A stretch of DNA of 64,000 nucleotides. Source: Octopus vulgaris (lineage: Eukaryota). The stretch covers positions 13,516,001 to 13,580,000 of the forward strand of contig OX597831.1 in NCBI GenBank assembly GCA_951406725.2, in the 5' to 3' direction. The notes below the pieces were generated by a model. The model made no database searches, was not told the DNA's origin, and saw nothing but the letters and a program-made list of their open reading frames with translations. Both the position numbers and the translations under genes were made by a program. Of this stretch, positions 52,447 through 64,000 are shown piece by piece; position 1 is the stretch's first letter, and each line of letters starts with the position of its first letter.

Positions 52447-52795
52447 GTCATCATACTCGTCATCGATATCGTCATCATATTCCTCCTCCTCCTCATCATC
52501 ATCATCATCATCATCACCATCGTCGTCATCGTCATCCTCCTCCTCATCATCATCATCATCACCACCATCACCATCATCATTATCACCATCGTCGTCATCA
52601 TCATCATCATCATTATCGACGTCGTTGTCGCCGTTATTATCTCCCTCGCCGCCATCAACGCTGTCATCGTCCGCGTCATCATCGCCATCGGCATTGTTAT
52701 CGTAGTCGTCATAGTAATCGTAGACGTCATCGAGGCCGTCATCATACTGCTGAGCATCATCCCCATCATCCTCATCCTCATCCTCATCACCATCC
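52447..52795. repeat. Degenerate (CAT/CGT/CCT)n array
   Basis: Directly visible. Confidence 0.9.
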
Positions 52796-53115
52796 GTACA
52801 ATCATTTTCTTTTCATACCATTTTACAGGCGCGCAGGACGAACAGCCCAGTGTCAGTTCTTCTTGTTCTTCACATTCTAATGACACCTCTCTTTGTCTCG
52901 GGAGTAATAAAATAAAGTACCAGTGAAATACTGGGGTTTGATGTAATCGATAAAGACCTTCACAACAAAAATTGCTGGCCTTGTGCCAAATCTTGAAATC
53001 GTTACTGTGCGGCCATTAAAGAAAAAAACACATTTTATTTGCTGCAGATCTGTTGAGGCCGACGCTGCTGCTACGACTACTACTGCTGCTGCTGGTGCTT
53101 CTCCTCCTCCTCCTT

Positions 53116-53226
<111 letters not shown>

Positions 53227-53644
53227 GAACCACCAGCAATTATGAATTTTGGTAATCAGAAACGCTATGCAGATAGAAATATTGAGAGGAGCTTCTACGG
53301 TAAATTAAGATCGGCAAATGGCTGTGCAGATAAACAAAGTTGAGGCCAATGAAAGCGATAGTCACAAACGAAAATAGAAACCTATTTCAATGAAAACATA
53401 ACCAGCAGGGATCGTAAAAGAAGCCAGTTCTCGTCTGATGGTTGCAGTGGTGTGAATCTCCAGTCACGAGTAACAGAATTCATCTTAGACGACATACTTT
53501 CAAAAGCATTTATTGGGGATTCCCTTCCAATTTCTTTGACAAACTGCTATATTTGGAGGTACATGTGTGTGTGTGTGTGTGTGTGTGTGCATATATGAAT
53601 GCATGTGTGTCTATATATGTGTGTGTATATATGTACATTTATAT

Positions 53645-53873
53645 ATTTTTCTTTACTACCCACAAGGGGCTAAACACAGAGGAGACGAACAAGGACAAAG
53701 GGATTAAGTCGATTACATCGACCCCAGTGCGTAACTGGTACTTAATTTATCGACCCCGGAAGGATGAAAGGCAAAGTCGACCTCGGCGGAATTTGAACTG
53801 GGAACGTAACGGCAGACGAACTACGGCAACGCATTTCGCCCGGCGTGCTAACGTTTCTGCGAGCTCGCCGCCT
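53645..53873 (-). mobile_element. SINE family B, young monomer
   Basis: High identity to 24049-24280. Confidence 0.9.
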
Positions 53874-53899
53874 TGTGTACATTTATATACATGTATGTA

Positions 53900-55180
53900 T
53901 ACGGGATTAAGTAAAAAAAAATTATAGGTACACATGTTTCTGTAGTTTAATAAGACAAAAATAATTACAAGATATTTCGACATAGTCACCTTTCTTTTCG
54001 ATGCAGTTCTTTTAGCAGTTCATAAGCATGCTTATTCCATCGCAGAAGATTTTTTGGTTATTCGTGCAGCCATTTATGCTCCTATTCCTGCGTTTTTTGG
54101 TCCGTAGTACCAAATTTTACATCGGATCTCTCTTACTCTAGTAGTGGTAGTCGGATATGTCAAGGGCTGGTCTGTATGCACTGTATTGCAGCCTCTCGAA
54201 ATCCAAATTTCAGTGGTTCAAATTTGTGTGTGCGGCCGTATGTGGGCGGGCATTCTTGTGCACCATTAACACATGCCTTGAAAGTAGACCCCCAGCGTTT
54301 GACGCAAATTGCTAGCTTCAGTTTGTTGGTAAATAGTTCCCTGTAACCTAAACCTACGACTGTAGAACCTTTTTGCAAATAATGTCTCCGTATATATTTT
54401 TTTCCTTTCCCCAAAACAGTTAGCATAGCTTCTGCGGGGAATTGGGTCCTAACGTTATTTTTCCCTGGCGAGGGAGGGTGTTTTCACTCCATTCCCTGCC
54501 TTTTGAATTCCGGCTCAAATTGATGGACCCAGATCTCACCAATTATGAATATTTTCTCTAAAACAGCAGCGTCTTCATCGTTGCTGCAGCCGAATAAGCG
54601 TGGACAGATCTCAATACGAATGCGCTTATAAGCTTCGGCAAATTCTCTTGGCACCAATCTCGCACAGACTTTACAGATGCAAACCTCTTCATGGATGATT
54701 TCATGGAGGATTTCCATGAATATGCCACCTAACCGATTGTTAGTCGCCAGTTTGCCAGAACCATGTCACGAACTTGCTGGATCTTCACATTAGTGGTGGA
54801 GGTTGATCGAAGTCCTGGTCCCCTGTCACGCGTCCCTCTTATCCGGCCAATTTTAAACAACTCGATCCAGTCAAACACACTTCTAAGCGGTAGATCGCCG
54901 TCTCTGATTTGCACCGAAAGCTTGTGATGAAGTTCAGACCCTGACGCACTTTCAGACCACAGAAACTGCATCACTGACATTTGTTTTTTCTTGGTGTAGA
55001 TTGCCATCAGACATAAAAGGAAAAACGAATTATCCACAAGTGTACCATCGTAAATACGAGAGTACCCCTGTAATCACAACAGTACCATCGTTTAGCAAGC
55101 GAGAGTTGAAAGTAAGGCGGCCGGCATAAAAAAGGTCTACGCCAAAAGTATGGATACTTTTTCACTTCACTTTGAACATA
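53900..55180 (-). pseudogene. Degenerate mariner element (second family)
   Basis: SVMQFLWSE...VFDWIELFKIGR...STSTT HTH region, KVCARLVPR (WVPR motif), IGEIWVHQFEPE, and C-terminal CIEKKGDYVE near 53980-54005. Confidence 0.82.
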
Positions 55181-55195
55181 TGGCTACACACACAC

Positions 55196-55237
<42 letters not shown>

Positions 55238-55248
55238 GCACACACACA

Positions 55249-55282
<34 letters not shown>

Positions 55283-55491
55283 GAATTTTTCTCTGTGTAA
55301 CTGGAAAGTTATCGCTCGACTCGAGTTTAACTCGACTGCTGTTTTCAGACAAAACTGGCCGAACTCGTTATTGCTGTAACAAGTTCATTTACGTAAATGC
55401 TTTCCAACAAGAACTAGCTGTTACAGTGTTATAATATGCGTTCTCAGAATCTGTTTTTCTCTCTCCGTCTCTGGCTGTCTATATGTCTGTC

Positions 55492-55534
<43 letters not shown>

Positions 55535-56825
55535 CTCGACCAGATTAGATTTTAATAATATTCTGTAATATTGTTAACTGCATCATGTTTTAATCGTGAA
55601 GAATTATTTTCTACCTTAATATTAAATGTCTTCAAAAACTAATATTCTGGAGCTGTTCCAGTGTAAAGTATCAACTCATTCGTAAAATGGTAAAGTGATT
55701 CTCACTTCCAATGACCACGCGCCGGTTATAGTTTATTAATCAGGCTTCAATAAATCAACACCATTCATTAATGTATCCAACACTAAAGTGGGTCTATCTA
55801 CTCGCATGAGCGCCTATGTATGTATGTGTATCTGTTTGTTTATTTATATATTAAGAACCAGAACCTTGTTGTCTAGTAGATTTCGTGCCTCACCTCGAAA
55901 TATGTATTCCCAAACCGTCCTCAGATGGGCAAGTGCAAACTGGCGATCGACAAAAGCACAATTTCCCAACAGTAAACAACATTTACGGACCCCATTCTTG
56001 TAGACGGTCTTTTCTTAGACTTCTTTTCTTCATTGAACATCTTTCCTCCTTTTCATATTACTTCATCTTCTCCTCCATTTTATACACTTTTCTTCCTCTT
56101 CCTCTTGTTGTTTTTATTCATTTTCATCTTTTTCTTTTGTTTTTCATTTTATTTTTCCCACAGTATTCAGATGTGACTATTTCTTCTTTTTATCCGTTTA
56201 CTTTCTTTCCGCCTTTGTATTTATCTCCTTGACACCGGTTACTTTCACACAAACACTATCTCTGCCAACTCTCTGACTATGAGCTTATCTACACTGTGTA
56301 AATATCATGGCTAATGCATTTTATGTCCAGTTTTAGATGAGTTTTCCAAACTTCCATATCTGTTTTAAATTGAGTTTTCTTTCATCAGATCCAATACAAG
56401 AGAATTAATTACAGCGACGTAATACAGAGTTACATTACCTGCACATTGCCTTTCTTCTATAGATTTTCTCAACGTTTTTCTTCCGCCAGATTTCACAGTG
56501 CAATAATATTGGATAATTCATTTTTTCTACTAGCACAAATCTGCTGGCAGCCAGGTCTTTTTTAGACCAACCTGCTCCTGCTTATTATATAAAACCTATG
56601 TTTACACACAGAGATACACACAAACACACACACACACGCACACATTATATTGTATCATATTATATTATATTATTATATTGCTATATTATTATATATTAAA
56701 TCTGCGAATGTAATAAAGGTAGGCATCCAATTTAGTGTTACATTATGACACGAAACCAGTAGTATGTATTCAATAAATGAATACACACGCGCAATAACAC
56801 ACACACAAACATATACATGTGTATA

Positions 56826-56910
56826 TATTCTTTTACTTGTTTCAGTCTTTAGACTGCGGCCATTCTGGGTCACCGCCTTGAACTTTTAGTCGAATGAATC
56901 CACCACAGTA

Positions 56911-56955
<45 letters not shown>

Positions 56956-57005
56956 CACTAATAAATCTGTGAACGAGGTATAAACAATAACTGCACGATT
57001 ATGTG

Positions 57006-57061
<56 letters not shown>

Positions 57062-57215
57062 GACGGGTTTCTTTCAGTTTCCGTCTATCAAATTCACTCA
57101 CAGGTATTTCGTCAGCTCGAGGTTATAGTAGAAGACACTTGTCCAAGGTGCTATGCACTGGGACTGAACCCGGAACCATGTGATTGGGAAGCAAGCTTCT
57201 TCACCCCTAAGCCAC
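56826..57215 (-). mobile_element. SINE family A split by (TA)n tracts
   Basis: 3' tail at 56826-56913; 5' half at 57060-57215. Confidence 0.8.
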
Positions 57216-57239
57216 GTCTGCAACCATATGTACATGTGT

Positions 57240-57630
57240 ATGTGTGTCAGTCTGTGTGTATGTATGTGTGTATGTATGTATGTATGCATGTATGTATGTA
57301 TGTATGTATGTATGTATGTATGTATGTATGTTTGTATGTATGTATGTATGTATGTATGTATGTATGTATGTATGTATGTATGTATGTACGTATGTATGTA
57401 TGTGTGTGTGTATGTATGTATGTATGTATGTATGTATGTATGTGTGTATGTATGTATGTATGTATGTATGTACGTATGTATGTATGTATGTGTGTATGTA
57501 TGTATGTATTACGTTCGTACGTACGTATGTATGTATGTATGTATGTATGTATGTATGCATGCATACATGTATGTATGTATGTATGTATGTATGTATGTAT
57601 GTATGTATGTATGTATGTATGTATGTATGT
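57240..57630. repeat. (TATG)n microsatellite
   Basis: Directly visible. Confidence 0.97.
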
Positions 57631-58408
57631 ACTATTTAGTATGCATAAGTGTGTGTGTGTGTATTTTTCTTATTAGCTGTCACTGCAGGCTGCAGACTGT
57701 CTCAAAGACCAAGAACTTCTATCATTAGTACTTATCAAAACGGTCTAAAACCAAGCGGATTATACACCGATCATAATGACAATTCTCTGAATTATTATGC
57801 GTAAGTATAAACACTCACACACAGCTACGCGCATGTGCGCACATATGATGTAGCATGATGTTCTTTACATGAAGTAATTTATACTCCAGAAATAAGAACT
57901 TAAAAAAGTGATTCAGTTCAATTCAAGATTTAAATTTTGTCATTTATTATTAAATAATGGAAATAAATATTTCTTTAATATTTCGCAGAAATCTGCTTTC
58001 AAAACAATCGCATTATAAAAAAAGACAAAATCATCTTATACATGAATTATGAATGAGGAATATTTAATAAAATTAGCGAATGTCTCTAAATTAAAATGTG
58101 TGCTTTTTTTTATATAATAGATATATGGTTACACTCTTGATTTCATAAATTAATAAACACAACTTAAAAAGTCTAAAGATTTGTACAATATGAAATTTTC
58201 CGATATCAACTATAATTATGTGATCATATCATAGGAGCAATTTTGTTTCATACGTAAAATAATTAAGATGTTATTAAATTGATACGGGCTAAACAAATTG
58301 AATAATTGGCTGATATTTAAATTACATATTTTCAGAAATATAAGAAAAAAATCATGTTATTATACTGACACAAGAATACGAACCATTTAAATGATTCATT
58401 ACAAGAAG

Positions 58409-58464
<56 letters not shown>

Positions 58465-58477
<13 letters not shown>

Positions 58478-60074
58478 AATTCCATTTTGACTGTGTGTGG
58501 GTATGTGTGTAAAAGTTTATCACGGCCGTATTTTTTAGCTGATTGCGCTGAAATCTTACACATAGTTAAAAGACATCCCAGTGGGAGCAACAATTAAATT
58601 TTATAACATAATACTTAGTTTGAAAATGGGATTTGCCATTTTTTAATCAAAATCTTGATGGAAAATCCGATTTCAATAGCGCTTATTGGCTATCATTCTT
58701 CGAATCACGTACGAAGAGCCGCTATTTTTATCCAATCAGCATCAGAGCATTAACTGCATTAAGCTTTCTAAGCAATTTCATGAAAGACCATATGTGATTC
58801 CAGTAAAAATTGATATCATTCAAGAATGAAGTGCACTCGAACACGTGCATCTAGGCATGTCATTTTGTGTTTAATAAATAATCTGACATCAAAGAGTAAG
58901 AAGACAAGGCGATCATTTTAAATAAGTAAAAATAAAATAAGATATTAACTTTAACGAATGAATGGCACAAATTGGCGATGAAACAACTCACAAGAAAATT
59001 TGACAAAGGAAAACGACAAATTGATTGATCATTGAACGTGGAAATTTGGGTGACAAATACCTAAAACTTTAGCTAAGAGTTTCTTATATAAAACAAAAAA
59101 TGAACGTACTTTACTTGGTTTGACACGTACATGTCCATTGTTTATTCTTTAATTCCATTGCACGAAGAAGGAATATCATTATAAGCATTTCAAATTATGA
59201 ATTATTTTTATCAGTAAGCATAACTGAACGATATTTTGGCAAATTCTTGTGATCATTTTTACAGATATTACAGTTCAAATTCATCGGTTACATTCTAAAT
59301 CAAGCTCTGTTCGGTCGGTTCTGTTAGCTTATTCTTTATTTATAAAGAATTTTCATTATTTCTAAATTAATATAAGGTAACTTTAATGCTAAATTCCTTT
59401 TTCCCAAAGAAGCCCGATGTTGGCTGTCTTTCATTTTCAGAGAAGTCCTTGAAACCGTTTCGATTTGCACATTCTTTTTTAATTAAATCTCGCGCTTAAG
59501 TGTGATATTTCTTTAAAATGCCCTTAACCTTCTGCTACCTGTCAGTACACTGGTGTTTGCATCAGTCTTTTACATTTTATGACAATTGCACTTTAGTCGA
59601 TAGAATATCGATTTTCTTGAAATGCGTTCTGTCCACATGTGCTTAAAGATGTGAATGCTCACTCACAGCAGTTCGCATCCACGTGCCATTTGGTGCTTAC
59701 AATACTATTGCAAGTAATTGTGCGCTTGAGTGATGTGGGAATTTTTTGCGTTGAAATACCACCTTTTAGTGCTTGCGAAATAGCAACGAGTAAATTTAAT
59801 TGATTTTTTTAAAGATTCATTTAATTATAGATTTTCGATAGGATGCCTCGAAAAAGCAAGAGTCACATTAGTAGAAGAACAAAAGAATGCTTCCGTTTTG
59901 CGACCTTGTTGCTAAGCGAGGCGGAGGAACAATGTGCGCTTCGGCGTGTTCGCAATGCTCTTTCCACTGCAGTCGTCAGAGCATCAGAGACAGAAGCGAA
60001 TTTACACTATTTTAGATTCCAGTCCTATCACGAACATACACCCCATCCAATGAACGGGGTGGGGCGTTTGCTAG
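58465..60074 (+). mobile_element. Internally deleted Helitron
   Basis: Starts in (TA)n with a TGTGTG...ATCACGGCC...GATTGCGCTGAAAT leader; ORF start MPRKSKSHISRRTK...SEAEEQ...RASET resembles Helitron N-termini; 3' hairpin CCCCATCC/GGGGTGGGG then CTAG-T. Confidence 0.75.
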
Positions 60075-60094
60075 TATATATATATATATATATA

Positions 60095-60320
60095 TAGTTA
60101 ATCCAAACAAGAAAACACAGAAAAAAAGAGAAAAAAAGGAGAAAAAAACACAGCAACGCAGGACGTGGAACAATTAAAGTATTATTGACGCTCAGGAAAG
60201 AAGGGAAGGAGGGTTTAACGTTTCGAGCGGAGCTCTTCGTCGGAAACAAGGAGAAGGAAAGATCCCAAAGAGGGAAGACAGAGGAGAAAATATTTGAGCT
60301 GGTGGTGCTTAAGAGATCAC
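60095..60320 (-). mobile_element. Short non-coding hammerhead-bearing module at (TA)n
   Basis: Minus strand GTTT-CCGACGA-A-GAGC-tcc-GCTC-GAAA-CG-TT-AAAC at 60213-60247. Confidence 0.7.
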
Positions 60321-60529
60321 ATGTTAAGAAACACACACATATATACATATATACACACAGATGTGTATATACACATACATACATACATACACACACATAG
60401 ATACATATATATTTATATATATATATATATACACATATATACACACACACGCGCGCCCACACACATATATATACACACACGTGTATACATGCATACATAA
60501 TACATACATACATATATACGTATATATAT

Positions 60530-60910
60530 TATCTTTTATCTTTTACCTGTTTCAGTCATTAGACTATGGCCATGCTGGAGCCCTGCCTTGAATCTTAATT
60601 GGATGAATGAATCCTTGTACATATTTTTAAGCCTATTCTATCGATCTCTTTTGATGAACCGCTGATTTACGGTGACGTAAGCACACCGCTTACTTACGGA
60701 CTAAAACACAGACACAGACACACATACATATATATATATATATATACACGACGGGCTTCTTTCAGTCTCCGTCTATGAAATCCACTCACAAGGTTCTGGA
60801 CAGCCCGAGGCTATACTAGTAAACACTTGCTGAAGGTGACTCGAAGTTGGACGCAACCTGGAACCGTTTGGTTAGAAGCAAGCTTCTAACAACACAGCCG
60901 CGCACGCACC
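60530..60910 (-). mobile_element. SINE family A, diverged
   Basis: Reverse complement match to the copy at 14197. Confidence 0.8.
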
Positions 60911-60924
60911 TTTATATAGATAGA

Positions 60925-61098
60925 TCGTTAGCCACTACACACATTTTTTCTCTCTCCTTGTTTCTTCTGTGTTCCTTTCTGTAGAAGCGCGTAGGCTCGA
61001 AACGTAAAATACATTTTCTATTCCTGAGCGTTATACTAATACATCTGTTTGCTTTGTACACCCCCTGTCTTCGTCTTTTGTTTTATCGTAAATTCTCC

Positions 61099-61100
<2 letters not shown>
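60925..61100 (+). mobile_element. Short non-coding hammerhead-bearing module ending at (TA)n
   Basis: TTT-CTGTAGA-A-GCGC-gtag-GCTC-GAAA-CG-TA-AAA at 60976-61009; homologous to 22840-23030. Confidence 0.7.
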
Positions 61101-61146
<46 letters not shown>

Positions 61147-61675
61147 GTATAACGGAGCGTTAATCGATAACAGAGCAGTAATAAGAAATTGAGAATAATA
61201 AAAAATTATTACGTGATACGCCTTTGTTTGTTGTAAGATGCAGTGGACAGATATTGGAATGTCTGAGTATCAGGTTACAGCTTCATCGGAGCCAGAAACA
61301 TGAAATGCGATTATCTGGGAAAATATTTTCATCTATGTATGTACTTAAAAACGCATTGCAGATGAGAAAGCAGACGCGTATGAGAGGAAAGAAATTCAGG
61401 ACCTTCTCACATAATGAGAATAAAATTAATTTCAAAATATGCATAAAGTTATATATAAACGTAAATGTTTTCCCAAATACATTACAGTTCACGTTTGAGG
61501 CTCCGACGGAGCTATGCAATGATACTCAGGCACTGAGTTATGAGTCACCTGCATCCTATCGCAGAAACAACTGTAAGTCAATGAATTTCATGCGATAAAT
61601 GTTTATTTCTTTGTCATCTCAGTTACTTCTCTCTCTATTTCTCTCCTTCTCTCTCTTTCTCTCTCCCCCTCTCCG

Positions 61676-61766
<91 letters not shown>

Positions 61767-61768
<2 letters not shown>

Positions 61769-62035
61769 GCGCAATGGCCCAGTAGTTAGGGCAGCGGTTG
61801 TAGGATCGCGGTTTCGAATCCCAGACCGGGCGTTGTGAGTGTTTTTTGAACGGAAACACCTAAAGCTCCACGAGGGTCCGGTAGGGGGTGGTTGCGATCC
61901 CTGCTGTATTCTTTCGCCACAACTTTCTCTCACTCTTTCTTCTGTTGGCGTACTCGCAAAACCAGCGGGGTGGCGTCATTTGAAGGCTAAAAGAATGCGA
62001 AGCAACATCTAATAGCATGATCGGATACGGTGATC
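61767..62035 (+). mobile_element. SINE family C head with an alternative 3' part
   Basis: AGGCGCAATGGCCCAGTAGTTAGGGCAGCGG...GGTTTCGAATCCC; diverges from the 26704 copy after about 61945. Confidence 0.8.
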
Positions 62036-62039
62036 ACGT

Positions 62040-62076
<37 letters not shown>

Positions 62077-63009
62077 AGCTGAAAGCCTATAGGCATATTT
62101 GATATCAAATAAAATATGAAATTCTTTTTGAAGTACGCGATATTTTTACGCTCCAGAAAGTTCAAAAAATAATTTCTGACCTCTCAGAATTATTTACATT
62201 CAATGCAAGCCTTAAGAGTTTTTTCTGATTTGTTTACACTTGAATATATATCACTTTATATAAATATTTTTCATAATAAATATCGCTATTTATGACAATT
62301 CGTTTCCACATTTTCAAAGAAGCGATCTGCACTGAAGGAAAAAAGAACAAAATCAAAAGCATTATTAATGAATAAATGATGAAGTTTATTGTGAATAGAT
62401 TCCTCTTAATACTTCGAAATTTCAAACTCTAAAAACGTCGGTTCATCCTATTCGTTATTAAACCTGTAAAATGCACATTTAATTCGTTTTACAAGTTCCG
62501 TTTCGACTCTTGCAGGAGGCTTACAGGACATCTTTTCACCTGATTAACAATTGTAGTTAGACACATTCCCCACACCTCCCCACGTAGCATTATCCTCACT
62601 TTTGTTTTAAAGGCAGTCTGACTGGCAATGAGAGTTCCCTCACTCTCATTCGATTTACTCGTTATCTTTTTAGTCTTGCAGAAACGTTTAGCCAGTTCCG
62701 ATGTTCCCAACAACCGGTAAAGAACAGGTGTGATTTGTTCTGAACTTTTTTCACCAAAATTCTCACAAACCGTCCAAAGGAGAGACACAGTAAGTTATGA
62801 TGTAGTTTCAAATATTTCTGCAAATATATTTGGAAATATTCAACATAATTATATCTTGTATTAGCTTCTCCAGACGATAGAGGATGAGCGTTTTTAAATT
62901 CATGCTTTCTCTGTTAGTTTACGGAGATAATACTTCGCATTTTGGCATAGAACCGACAATATTACGGAAATTGAACTAATCGTTTTCATTCATCAACTAT
63001 CCAGTGACC

Positions 63010-63405
63010 CAACATTGCTTCTTGGCCTTTCGGAATTGGTAGAAATAAAGAACCAGTCAAGTAATAGGGTACAATACGTCGCCTAATCCCCTCTCTTCCA
63101 AATTGTTGGCCTTGTGCTTAATTAGAAACTGTTATTTTTATATATATTATAATATTTCATAAATTAAGTCAGTGATCTGGAAGATTCCTTAGCGCGTCGG
63201 CCAAAATGCTTAGCACCATTTCTTCTGGTTCTATACATGTTGCGGCTCAAATCACACCGAGGACTGTTTTACATTTCCTCATTTTGAGGTCGACGTATTG
63301 TACCCTATTACTTGACTGGTACTTTATTTCTACCAATTCCGAAAGGCCAAGAAGCAAAGTTGATTCCAATAAGGATTGAACTCAGATCGTAAATAGTCGG
63401 AAATA
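63010..63405. mobile_element. Old SINE B fragments forming a 72-bp near-perfect inverted repeat
   Basis: 63010-63081 vs 63291-63362, two mismatches. Confidence 0.8.
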
Positions 63406-64000
63406 CAGGGTAACATTGTATTCGAGCATTAATGATATCACAAGATCAATGAAATTCATTATAAGGAACCACTCACGGAAAGCCATGAAAGGCAAACCTA
63501 TTAACGTTGATGTACTTCCCGTAAAGATGATTCAAAAATTGCAACGGATAAACAATGACATCATTATACTTCTAATCTTAATGAATGAATCAGAAGTGGA
63601 TATCCTGGTTTTCAGTTTTGGTTTCGAATGGCACGGATGTCGAGGTGGCCGATACCATTTCAAAACGATAAATAAATTTTTGAGGCGGTGGTAGGAGCAA
63701 AGTGTAAGAAGGACAACGCGATTTGCTTATAGCGTGGCAACTGGAGGAGCAGGACAAAGTCGTCGGAATGTGTCATGTAGTAAATGGGCCGACGGACTGG
63801 TTGAACCAATCTGTGGATGGTTAGAAAGATCTGCAGGTGAATAGAAACCGGAACGTGCTTAAGAGCAGTGTGGCCGGTTTCACCCAGAAATAAACCGAGA
63901 GGAAGCTATCATTGAAAGGTCAGAAAAAGTTGAAGAACGCATATATATCATTCATCGATAAATTAAAACGGCATATAAAAATAGGAGCAAATAAATATAT

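Noticed and set aside
52829-52851. Possible + strand microexon (TTTTACAG acceptor, GTCAGT donor)
   Set aside because: 23 nt, not frame-preserving, and does not match the expected DGK sequence.
62489-63694. Two ORFs of about 90-100 aa in unique sequence
   Set aside because: No motifs or splice support; lengths are compatible with chance.

Overview
AT-rich animal genomic DNA, very probably an octopus (coleoid cephalopod), judged from the recurring tRNA-derived SINE families and extreme microsatellite density. Almost all ORFs in the supplied track are microsatellite or SINE artefacts. The only host-gene signal I can support is one + strand exon (15629-15974) ending in RQVRSALDW(S), which resembles the segment just before C1a in type IV diacylglycerol kinases (DGK zeta/iota, rdgA); most of the window downstream is therefore probably a very long intron. 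The rest is decayed transposons: several SINE families, mariner relics, three Helitrons, CR1-group, Dong/R4 and RTE-like LINE pieces, a Neptune-like Penelope (RT + GIY-YIG) relic and MITEs. The most interesting layer is non-coding. At least seven minimal type I hammerhead-like motifs occur, most in short ORF-less modules abutting (TA)n tracts. Some of these modules carry long fold-back arms, and two core variants (CUGUNGA, CCGANGA) each recur. There is also an HDV-like ribozyme fold at the 5' end of an RTE-like UTR, and a LINE-SINE shared 3' stem-loop with compensatory changes. All calls were made by eye without database searches, and boundaries are approximate.
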